A stretch of 53,415 bases of DNA, the filler included, from Trypethelium eluteriae (taxonomy: Eukaryota), in the NCBI GenBank assembly GCA_051942245.1. It is 3 parts of 3 records of this genome, joined end to end, with 100 filler letters (N's around TTAATTAATTAA, not from the genome) between each part and the next. Parts side by side here need not be neighbours in the genome. Positions count along the whole stretch, not along the records: positions 1 to 17,845 come from JAVECL010000581.1; positions 17,946 to 35,664 come from JAVECL010000582.1; 1 more part is not named here. One strand, written 5' to 3'. Both the position numbers and the translations under genes were made by a program. The notes beneath the pieces were generated by a model that saw only the letters and a list, made by a program, of their open reading frames with translations, was not told where the DNA came from and ran no database searches. Positions 10,506-21,484 of the stretch are shown here, one piece after another (position 1 is the stretch's first letter; every line of letters begins with the position of its first letter).

Positions 10506-12577
10506 ATGGTTATTACCAATTTTGTTTTTCCCCGCCGCGATGCTGCTTTAGCTATCGGGGACTACAATTCGTACAGGATACAGCTGACCCGCCAACTATC
10601 CAGCTTACGCAAGAAGCTTGGTCGCTCAACGCCCAAGCATGCCAAATTCAACCCCAAGGCCACAGTCACCGCTGAAGACATAGGGAAAAATCATGAGTGG
10701 GTAGCAATTCATTCTAAGATCATAATTAGCTGCCTAATAGCAGTACAGATTTGTCTACCTTTTATTGTTATCATCAGAACGGGCCTGGGCTCATGCCATG
10801 CATATGCGGTCAAGTCATGCAGAAGATCAAGCCAACGGGAGGATCACTGGCAGCACCCGAAGCCATATCTTGTCCAGACTGAATAAGGCATCGAAGGTTG
10901 CTGAGAAGCTTATGGAATTGCTTCGTGATCGGGATGCTGCCCACACTTCTGAATTAGACCTTCTCGAAGCCGAAGCCTACTTCTTTGTTTTACGCGGTGC
11001 CGAGTATTTCGAGAAAGACCATATATCTGAGGACGGAAGTATCAACAGCTGGAAATCCTGTCTTGAAGAGAACTCTGCGGCTCGGGTCCTATACCAATCA
11101 CTTCTGCATGACACGAAAATGGAGCTCTTCAAAGAAGTTCTCGCTGGTACTGTTGACCCGAGTATACGTTACGCTGCCTACAGGCTAAGGATATCCCGCA
11201 CTATCCCCATTGCAAATATCGCCATGCGATATTTCCCAAAGAATCGCCTAGATCTCACATCCAGAGTTTCCAAGCTTGATCCAAAAGCTTTGTCAGAAGA
11301 AAAGGCGAATAAAGGTATAACAATTTCAAAAAGCTTGGCTGAGCCGAGACTTATGTCTTTTCTACTAGATGGTGCTATATCAGAAGATATACCGAACAAC
11401 ATCGCATGGAGATCACGAACCGCCAATATTGCCGACGCATCAATAGGTCAGGGCCTGGCTGCCGTTGAGACTGCGGCTGCGCATCTGGACTCATTTCTGA
11501 GCTCTCCAGAAAGCAAACAAAGAAGTCGACAAGACCGAGCAGCAGCTTACGACGATGTGCTCATTGCGAGTCAGGACACGGTTGATGTCACGCGTCGCGC
11601 TATCGAGGAATTGGAGCGTGAGGGGGTTGCGGAAGGGGATCCGAGAATGCAAGATCTACGTGTTACTGATCTTGCTGTCAATTATGCTTTGGTCGGCTGG
11701 CGCATTGGTAGGTATCGTATCCTTATGGGCTCTGACGATGGACTTTCCTTGCCCAACGAGGAGCCAAGGTTTCCTACACAATCACCGAACGATGGGAAAG
11801 ACTGGCGTCAGAGGCCCGAAAGTAAGGGAAGAAAATTGGCGAGGCTGCGAGAACGAGTGAGCCTTTTTGATTCGATACTGCAAAGCATTGACTCGATAAA
11901 AGAGTTGCGAGGCGCTGCTCGTGATGCCGGTTTCATGAAAGAGCTCGAGGCCCAAAGGTCCTATTTTAGAGCCTTGAGGTATGTCGCATAAAGGAGATAA
12001 TCACACATCTTGGAAAGACGACACTGACGGGTCTAGGTGTCTCAATATTGCATATTCGCATGAACTGGACGCCGCTCATGCTGAAGCTTTGGCTCTGACT
12101 GCGCGCGCACATGAACTCCTCAGGGGCAGTGCATCGGTACTCTCGAAACTGGCTCCCGCGAAACGCGGACCAACAACCATGGATATCCCAAATGACTCAT
12201 TTCACAATGCTGAAAAGACGGTGGGTTTACTTTTGCAGCGTTATCAGGCAATCGTCGATCTCCGACAGCGTTCTTTGGAATCTGCGCAAGCATTCGAGAA
12301 GAACCAGGTTTTTCTACCCCCTCTTGTACAGCGCGTTACGGAATACCCACCGTTAGGGGCAAAACTTGACTTGAGTCATCTTGTCAACTATCCACCAAAG
12401 CTACGGCCTATACCTGTGAAACCTATTTTCCTCGACGTTGCTTGGAATTACGTTGACTATCCAGGCCGCAGTAAGGTCGAAATCGCAAATGGCAGTGCAA
12501 AAGTATCCGCCCAGGTGACCGCAAGGACTGAAGAACAGAAACCGGCAAAGAAAGGCTGGTTTGGTTTTGGTAGGTAA
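10506..12577 (+). CDS. SRP68: Signal recognition particle subunit SRP68; exons 10506-10696, 10749-11314, 11369-11978, 12037-12577
   Basis: GDYNSYR..LTRQL..LRKKL, SERAWAHAM, VDPSIRYAAY, PPKLRPIPVKPIFLDVAWNYVDY, C-terminal KKGWFGFGR. Three GT-AG introns join in frame. Confidence 0.92.
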
Positions 12578-13534
12578 TACAAGCTCATTCTTGGAATCCG
12601 GCCTTGCATCGGCTTGTGAAGGTCCTCCATAATGGATTCTGGACTTTACAGCCCCATTCAAAATTGATCAGTTGGGAGGTGTTCATCTCAGAGCAATCTT
12701 GACAATACAAATGGTTCTTCCGGTCGGAAGCGCAAACTTCCATCATGATTGTCCGCTTAAGGCAGTGCGGTCGCGATGGCCGAATACTTAGTGGTTGCTT
12801 TCCCACATTCGGAGCTGCGTCCAACTCTTCAAACCGGTATCCTCTTTTGAGAGATTACAGATCGATCGAGCATTGTGCCAAAAAGGAGATCCCGAGGAGC
12901 TGGGTTCGTGGGGACATTCTCGTCTATTCTGACCTTTGAAAATCACTATTACGGATGTCAAAAATGGGCTTTAGTGATGCAGATTGGGGCATCCTCCACC
13001 GATATTCAAATAACAAGGCACAGCGTTATCAGACGAAAAGGCAAAATTTTTGAATCTACAGGGGCCCCAAGCCAATCAAGTTTTGGTATCTCTATCCAAT
13101 CGGATATACCTTCCCCGCCCCAGTCATTCAAGGTACATGCAGAGGCTCTGAGGGGTTCCCAATGCTTTGGGACGAATCCTGACGTTTCACAGTCTCAGCC
13201 TAAAAAACCCTAACATCTAAACCCAATGATGTGGATCGAATATGCATAATCTGGTATCTTAATGCTATGTTGAGCGAGAAGCTTCTCCGAGTTCTGCAGC
13301 CGAAGAGCACCCCTGCAGTATCAAGGTTAACCCACGTTCGACGACCTTCAACGATGAATGGACCCAGGCAAGTGTCAATCTAAATGAATGGACGAAGAGG
13401 TATGATTATGTAATAAATGAAAAGAAAGAATTCAAGCCTCATGATGCAACCATTCTAAGAGCCAGCGCCTCCGATATCTTATGAGGGACCTCGTGCTCCA
13501 TGTTTTTCGCTTGGTATCTTACAGAATCGAATCT

Positions 13535-14591
13535 TCAGACGCCGTCATCAAGTGTATACTGCTTCGACCATCGCTGCAGCGAAATCAGTAAGTTTCAAGC
13601 GATCAAGGTGTAGCTAACGTACCTGATCCCACGGCCGACTCGAGTCCACAAATCGCAGATCCGTCGCCAGTCTGATTACATCGTCCGGATCGTGATTGAT
13701 TGTTGATGCGTGGATAGCAAAAGGGTTATGTAGTACCACATCTCCTGCTTCAAAGTCCGCAACGAGCCATCGTCGATTGAAACGTTCGGCGAATTCCCTC
13801 GGACCCTCGGACAGCAGACCTGTGCTCATCATGTTCTGGTTGAAGGCGCTCTTTGCCTCTTCCTCACTCAGACCCGTCTTCTTCGCCTCTTCCATGAATT
13901 GCGCCTCTTGCTCGATACCGAGATGGTGACCCTTTTCGAGATATATCAGCCCGCCCCCAGTCAACTTGACATCACCAATCGGCACCCACGCCGTAATACT
14001 CGTCGGCTCCCCATGTCTCAGAAAGATCTGGTCGTAGTGCACACCTATTGCCTTGTTTCCTGGCACGTTATTTCGCAAGAGTGTCCGTGTGAAAGCAGTC
14101 GTTTTTGAGCCCCACCCGGTCAACTTGGCCACGAAGTCCTTCAACGCAGGGTGCTTGCAAAGGTCGTCTGCATACCAAGACTGATAGTGTGCTTCCAAGG
14201 CACGGTCGACGAAGACGGCAGCATGCGAGCCAGGATGTCCATTGGCTCCTGCGGCACCAGAGCCGATGCCCGGAAAGGTGTTGCGATCTTTTGTGGCGTC
14301 AAAGATACCATCAACAGGATTGGTACCTGGTTTGAGGAGGCCAGAGGGAGCGAGAAATTTGAAGTATTCTTCACGAGCCTTTTGTACATGGGCTCTAGGG
14401 AGGATGCCTTTGAGAAAGAGGTAGCCATCTTCCTCAAATCTCTTACGCAATTCGGAGGTTGGGAGGCTGGGCTTTGATGCTTTCAGAGGACCGATGCAAG
14501 AGGGGGGTAGCTGCCCGTCGTTCACAAACAGATCTGGATAATAGGGGCCCAGGGCGGTGCTGGATGCTTTTGGCGGAGATGCGTGTGGCAT
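13535..14591 (-). CDS. Fe(II)/2-oxoglutarate dioxygenase, phytanoyl-CoA dioxygenase (PhyH) family; exons 14591-13623, 13573-13535
   Basis: FEEDGYLFLKG, HxD iron motif VHYDQ, TAWVPIGD, AGDVVLH...IHAS (distal His), RLATDLRF. Intron 13622-13574 (GTACGT...CAG). Confidence 0.9.
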
Positions 14592-15159
14592 ATTGGTGAT
14601 GTTATGGTGATGTTATGAGGGATGTAACAAGCTGTCTTCCGCTAAGACTCCTTGGTCGATGAATTGAGGGATTGAGCTCGGGAAAAAGGCAGTGACTAAA
14701 GGTAACTCTGCGTCGAAGGAGTGTCATCTTTCCTGATGAAAGGGCTATAAATAGGAGAAGAGTAGATAGTTGATGCTCAGCCAGCGGTGTGCTACCACAG
14801 TGGTTGTACAGAATCTAAACAGAAGTCGAAATTGCCTGATCGAGTAAATTGACACTGCTGGTTAGGGCGGAAGAAGCCGTGTGGCCAGGCCAATAGCGGC
14901 GTCGCCTTGTACCCAGAGGTCGAGAGTGATTTGCCGCCCGGGCTGGCTCTCGTGGGCGCATGGCGGTGCCGATCATGCCGAGCATCCATTGCTCCTAAGG
15001 CCAAGAAAGTTTGGCCATCCATGCTGTAGACGAGGATTCAACGTCTTTGCCTCCGAGCGGAGGTATTGGTCTGGGCGGGGACAAAAGGGGCATGGCCCCC
15101 CGATTTCTTGGTCTGATATTCTAAAAAATGCACCGCGGCAGATCTAGCTTCTCTATCTG
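14592..15159. promoter_or_regulatory. Divergent promoter shared by the PhyH dioxygenase and Zn2Cys6 TF genes
   Basis: Head-to-head genes 568 nt apart. TATA-like TATAAATA near 14746-14753, inverted CGG-N6-CCG at 14868-14879 and several further CGG/CCG triplets. Confidence 0.5.
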
Positions 15160-16804
15160 ATGTCCTGGTAAGGCCCCCTCTGTCCAACACGCCTAAGACC
15201 GGTTCGCTAACGGGGACTCGGTGCTTATAGCGACGCTTGTCGGATCTACCACTATAAATGTGAGTCTGGTAGTCGTGTAGCCTGGTGTTTCGCTTCCCGA
15301 CCGGAGCCGGCAGCTACTAATCGGAGAGCTTCCAGGTGATGATGAAGTGCCCACTTGCCGACGATGTGCCCGTGCTGGACGCGAGTGTGTTCGTCCGACT
15401 CAGTATCGTTTCAGGAACTCCCACGCGGACTCGCTGCCCTTCCCCAAGTTCCAAGTCTGGCTAGATTTGCCGCAGAGGGTCGACTTTGTCGACGAAACAC
15501 CCGCGTTGGAGGACGAGTACGCGGGTCCCACCACGAGGTTGCGCCGCCAATCTACCCGCCTGCCCATCCCTCCAAACGAGTCAGATCTCGAGTGCACGCC
15601 GGCGGAGAATTTTGACAAGTGGGTCCGCTCTCAGAGTGCTGCTGAAAACCCTCCGAGGACGCCCATGACGCCGGGCATCGCGGTCGATTCACCTTGGCCA
15701 GTCCGGACGGCGCAGGATGCACGCCTGATTGCGCATTTCGTAGAGAAGGTCGCCCACTATTTTGACTTTTGCGATCCGAACCGTCACTTTGCCCTCGTGG
15801 TGCCGCAACGGGCACGCAAGAATAGCACGCTAGCGTATGCCGTGCTGGCCCTCTCTGCAAGACATCTGAGCCGCACGGAAGATTTCGACCCCCTTGTCGC
15901 TGACTACCACTACCAAAAATGCTGCGAACAGCTAATCCCTGCATTGGCGGACAACGCTGCCGTGACGAACGACTGTCTCCTCGCGGCGACGGTGATCCTA
16001 AGATTCCTAGAGGAGATCGACGTTCCGATCACGGGAGAAGATCAGGAAAACCATCTCGTGGGCACTCAGGCAATTGTACGCGCTCAAGGACAACAGTATG
16101 ATCAGGTCAAGATGCCGTCCGATCTTCGCGAGTCGGCAAAGTGGGCCGCATTTAGGCAGGACTTATACATGGCATTAACTAAACACCGGCCCATGCAACT
16201 AAACCGTATCATCCAGCCTTTTGTCGACATGGATGAAGGGGACTGGGCTAATCGGGCCGTCTTACTGTGCGGCGACGCTTTGCAGTTTGCCTTTCGGGAG
16301 CTACCGAACAGAATCGATGCTTACCAGCTGCTGAAGCATGTGAATGAAGATTGGAGGCGTGAGAGGCCGACCTCATTTGACCCCATTTTTTCCGAGACGT
16401 CAGATCCCACGCGGTTTCCGATAATCAACTTTCTGGCCGATTGGCATGTCATGGGCCACATGTACAACTATCTTGCCCATCTTCTACTCGTCGTCTATGA
16501 CCCTACGATACCACGGATGGGCTTGTCGTACACGGAGGCGAACGAGAGAGCCAACGATGAGGCGAAGTATACCGTGCGCGTCATGGCCGGAATTGCTATA
16601 TCTAATCCTCGCTCCCCAGCGGCAATGCTGGTGGCTGCGATGGCGATTGCGATGTGTGGGGACCGATTTCATACTCCTACGGAGCAGGTTGCGTTATTTC
16701 GAATACTGAAGGAGACGGAAGAAATTCATGGCTGGCCAACTGACTTGGCGCAACGACGATTACGAAAAGCGTGGCAGTGTGATTGGGGGCTCAAGTCTGC
16801 ATGA
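15160..16804 (+). CDS. Zn(II)2Cys6 transcription factor with fungal-specific C-terminal regulatory domain; exons 15160-15167, 15231-15259, 15336-16804
   Basis: Splicing GTAAGG..GCTAAC..TAG (15168-15230) and GTGAGT..CTAAT..CAG (15260-15335) yields MSCDACRIYHYKCDDEVPTCRRCARAGREC, a complete six-Cys cluster. Downstream FDFCDPNRHF..VPQRA..LALSARHL. Confidence 0.9.
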
Positions 16805-16839
16805 TATTTTATCGTACATAAAAAACGTTGAATGGAATC

Positions 16840-16863
16840 TTTTTTTTTTTTTTTTTTTTTTTT
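16840..16863. repeat. poly(dT) tract, T24
   Basis: 24 consecutive T between the TF stop codon and the MFS gene start. Confidence 0.95.
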
Positions 16864-17201
16864 CTTTGGTACGCCACGGCGCCAGGGCTTAATTGTCGCT
16901 CAACCTTCCCTTCAGAGTGTAGAGTTCTGCTTTCGGATATATGCTCCCGAAGACGACATCCATGTCGCGCAAGTGTCAAACGTACCGACGTAGAACATAC
17001 GCGCCGCACTATCTGATCACTTGGTAAATCAAAGATGCACGAGCACATGGTCAATTTTTCATGATAGCCTCAGAACCCTAGATGTCGATGCCCGACGATT
17101 TCAAACCCCCTCCCATGTGACCACGATTAGCAACCCCGAGCGGCTTAGTTGCCAGTTGCCACCTCACACTCTCGAGGCACCACGGCAGCTCCGACCAGAT
17201 T

Positions 17202-17586
17202 ATGGTGCCTCTTCGCACCATGGCTCCGAACCCTAGCGACCAATATACGAGTCTTCCTGATGAAGATGAAGAGTGTCAAGACGGCGAGCCCGAATCTTCG
17301 GATGCCTGCGATGACCAAGAGACCAGCCGCAGATCTTTCGGAACACGGCAATCGCCTCGTCGCTACAGGACATCCGGATTAGTAGCTTGGCTTAAACAGA
17401 GTAAACCTATCCGCCCGCCGCTGAACATCAGGGATGGCCATGTGCGGCTACCAAACGAGAAATATGTCTATCAACTCACCGCTTTTGTCTCGATCGGGGC
17501 TTTTCTATTCGGGTACGACCAAGGCGTGATGGGCATGATCGTTGCGGATGCACGATGGAAGGATCTGATGCGACCACGGAACTCTT
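17202..17586 (+). CDS. MFS sugar-porter family transporter, first exon only (rest lost at contig end)
   Basis: TM1 signature AFVSIGAFLFGYDQGVMG. Probable phase-1 donor GTACGG at 17587, then pyrimidine-rich intron-like sequence to the gap. Start is 17202 or 17220. Confidence 0.8.
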
Positions 17587-17845
17587 GTACGGTGTTTCTC
17601 AAACTTTCCTATCTTCTCGAAGCCTTGTCCATCATCTCAAATCTCTATTCTCTACCTTCCCGAGCTTTCTCCACCTTTCATCCTCATGGGACATCCCTCC
17701 ATCACTCGAAAATCTCACCACTTTCCCCCAAACTTTCTCCCTCAGCAAGCACTCCCCCACCTCCACAACCTTTAACCCCACTCTCCATGGCCTCTCCGTC
17801 TCTCCGAATCCCTCTCCCTTCTCTCCTCGTGTACAACCACACCCC

Positions 17846-17945
17846 NNNNNNNNNNNNNNNNNNNNNNNNNNNNNNNNNNNNNNNNNNNNTTAATTAATTA
17901 ANNNNNNNNNNNNNNNNNNNNNNNNNNNNNNNNNNNNNNNNNNNN
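17846..17945. other. Artificial contig-joining linker (N44-TTAATTAATTAA-N44)
   Basis: Exactly 100 nt. The central TTAATTAATTAA at 17890-17901 puts stops in all six frames. Identical to the second linker. Confidence 0.97.
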
Positions 17946-20900
17946 GGAGCTGGAAGGGGGAGCGATGGTCGGGGTGTGCACTTGATGAAGCGAGGTTTGT
18001 GATGAGTGGGCTTGTGTGGTTGTGGCGGAAGAAATGCAAAAAAAGGCGATTGTTTAGTCGGTATGATAAGGATGTAAAATGTCTGGAGTGGAAGGCTCAG
18101 GGTGGATGGGAATTTGTGTTGCGCTGGTGGATCTTGTGATAAGTTAGGCAATGAGACCATGATGTACGAGACTTTGTAAGATCAACACTTGCGGTGGTCG
18201 AAAATTGATGTAATTTTGATTGTGTCAGTAGTAACATTGCACGGGCTGGCTATGTCTCGATTCAATGGTTCATAAGACAGGAGCAAACATCTTCATGACT
18301 GCTCGAGATAGTCTGGTGAACTCATTTCGTCTTCGGACCCTCGAGAGCAGCGATGTTCAACGACGTGATCATTATCCTACTCCGTGTGTTCAAGCTTGAC
18401 GTGCGAATCTTCGTGTTCACGGTACATAGTCGCCCGAGCTTCAAAACCAAAGCTCCAAGTCGACGCATCATCTCGATGGACTTGAGGGTCATGGTTGCAC
18501 ATCGAACCGACGCTCTGATCAGTTTCCATTAAACGCAAATCCTCAGTCAAGGGTTCCTATCTCCCCACCTCGGCGCTGGGCTTGCTTGTGCCTCGGAAGT
18601 ATTTACTCATGTTTTAGCTGTCCGTTCAGCTCCTTCCTCAACTCTCAAAGATATCTATTACGAATATCATGGTGATGCAGAACGGAATGGGTTGGAGGGT
18701 CGGTAGTTTGCTCTTACGAACGCAGAGCCCGAGGTAATGCATATTTCCAGAGGTGGAGCGCTTGCCATTGTGCAGTCGGACCGAAACCCTCAGAAAGGGA
18801 GCAAGATGTGAGAGGACAGTCCTTGAAGACTTTTAGTCGGAAGCTTGGCCATAGTACAATTGAGGGGAATAATGGCGGTAAAGTTGACGCAGCTAATCGT
18901 TAGAGCATCTTTTGCAAAAGGGAGCAATTAATCGGACTGCCGATCGGTTCGGGATCTGGAAATGCTCTATCAAACCCGGCCAGACATCTATAAATATCCG
19001 GAAAGACTGTAGAGCGGTGGCCTGTCGTAAATCCGGGATCGAGGATAGAGTATCGGGATTTCCACCCAATTGTCCTGATGCCCCTGTATAAGGGAATAAG
19101 CTCCGTGCAAGACCATCATAGTGCAAGTGCACGCGAGTCTTTTTGATAGACTTTCGCACTTGCTGTCGTGAAACTTGGCATGCGTCGATTACTTGCAAGG
19201 CATTAGAGCAAAGATCCGTCACCACTGCGATAATGGAAGTCAGAATGCATGCAAAAGCATGGCTATCATCAAACTGGGTATATCGAACTCCACATTGACG
19301 ATCTAGAATGTTATTCGGGGTTCCAGCATCGTGTCATGGGGCAACTTCGTTGCACATGATGAGCTGCAAACGTCAAAGAGAGTGGCAAATAGTCCTTGTG
19401 GCTCAAATGCCGACTCGTAAGGTGCATGAAAGTTATCGCGAATATCCTCTTGGAGCCCCGGACAGCCATAGCATCTTCAGACAACCGAAAATCTTGTGTG
19501 ATCTATATCCGTCAACCAATGGGCGCCCGGAAAATAATCTTGGGAGAAATTGAAGAGATCTTCTGGAGAGTCAAGTAAAGCATTTCAGAGGTGGTGCTAA
19601 ACCACACCACCATGCTACGATGATGACCTCACATCGCGTGTACTGTACAGACCTTTGTTGAGTTTAAGGTTTCTATCGACGCATTAAACGACCTGCTCCC
19701 TGACATCGACTATGTTTTGTCAGATTATGGTTCGAATAATAGCTGAGCGTTCGTCGACATTCATCGTATTCCACGAGCCTTCGTATCGCAATCGCATGGT
19801 TTCGGAAGTACTTTGGGTCAATCCAAACCTTTCGAAGGCAATTATGTTGGTCCGAAGATATGTGCGAGCGCTACCTGACGAACCAAAGGCTTCGCGTGAT
19901 CATCAGGCGTGTCGGGTTTGGAATTCTTCTCTACCTGGGCAACTGATGACAGTTTGCTGGCTGTACCTCCCGGCCTCATACGACAACAGGTTCACGTCAT
20001 TGTGCGCTTTGGCTTTGCATAGCAGCTATTTTCTGTTGATCTCAGATAAGAAAGACAGAGAGACGAAATTAGACACTGCAGGTACGATAAACACGATTCG
20101 AAAATACAAATACGAACTCAAATGCTGGATACGCCTCACCTTCGGGCGCTAAGAGATTCGAGATCTCTAGCTTCTATAGAACGATAGATTCCACTGCGTT
20201 TGACAACAGACACACGATAATAGCATCGCTGATATCTCGTCCAGTCGCAGTGTAACTCTCGTATCTCGGAATCGAGGTGCACTATATTAGCCACAGCTGG
20301 TGCGAAGATAAGTCCCGTGTGGCTGTTAGCGCCGTGTGACGTTTGCGTGGCCTTTCTTGCTCATCCGACTGATTGTGGCTTCAGATTCGAAGGAAAGTCT
20401 TACCTATTGCGAGAATATTATTTTGAAGAGGATGCCTAAAATTTTTAATCAGATCCGCCAGGCTGCCGCTGATGGAGTTTTCCGGTGAGAAAAGTCATGA
20501 TGCATGCGTGGATCCATGGGCAACGTTAGCCATGCATATAGGTTTAGAATACCCACCTTTTGGATGTCTAGGGTGAAGGCCTAAGGATTAGGGTGCCATC
20601 GTTGCATTTCCCTTAAATGTAAGCGATTGCATTGGCGCAGATGACCGAGTCATCAGGCCAACCGTCCGCGGCGAGCCTATAACAAGTACTCTAGGCCCCA
20701 AGTGGCCCCAACAATGGATGCTGCTTGGTAAGAGTGGGCACAAAAGTGTTAACAGAGCAGCAGAAGAGTCAAGCACCGGTGCCGCTGACTAGGAAACTCG
20801 CAAGGCGTACAACATGACACCGAGTAAGTCGCCTCGGCCGAATGAAACCTAATCTATCGCACAGGGGACCCGGTTAAGACTGGGCCAGTGACAAATTTTT

Positions 20901-20995
20901 GCTGGGGGGCCTCACAATCTCCATGCGCCGCAAAGAAGAGGGTGAGAGCATGTTGAGCAAGAGCCCAACCAAAGGCACAACAGATAGACTAATGC

Positions 20996-21484
20996 TTATG
21001 CCAATGCCAATATGCTGGCGTGAAGGTGTATGCGACGGCGACTACGACTGCGAGCGTCCGCACATGGCATTCCGATCGGCGCCCAGCCCTCGCAGTTGGA
21101 GCATGCCGTTCGTATTCGCTCCGGGGGTGCAGCCGCCTAGATGCCAATAAAGAATTAGGTACGAGCTGCATAAGCGAGTAATTAGGTAGCCAAGAATGCT
21201 AAGCTATGGCTTGTACGGAGGACCAGCTCATCGAGCTGCTGAGAACAAACCGGCTGTGTTTTTGCGAGCGAGATCTTCAGCCTGCCGCGATCTGCCCACT
21301 TCTTCTGCGACAGCTTCTGATTCGCTCTCAGTCGTTCTCGTTCGCTGTCGCTCACTTTTGTTCGCGTTCGTTCGCTTTCGTGCACTTGCATCTCCCTATC
21401 GCTCGCCTCCCGGTCAGTCCGGCCCCTCCTACTAGCCTGCGTGGCCTAGTGCAACAGCCCCTAGCCTTCGTCATCACTTTTCAT
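20996..21484 (-). pseudogene. Possible decayed reading frame with a bZIP-like basic segment
   Basis: ATG at 21484 opens MKSDDEG*GLLH*ATQASRR...SERERLRANQKLSQKKWADR...LAT*LLAYAART*FFIGI*AAAPP. The interrupting stops are TAG/TAA. Confidence 0.25.

Noticed and set aside
13206..13214. AACCCTAAC, resembling a telomerase RNA template
   Set aside because: A single 9-mer only ~320 nt from the convergent PhyH gene end leaves too little room for a filamentous-fungal telomerase RNA, and no other TER elements were seen.
17555..18160. ORFs running into or out of the N blocks (also 35210-36229)
   Set aside because: Artefacts of the linker and of low-complexity contig ends.
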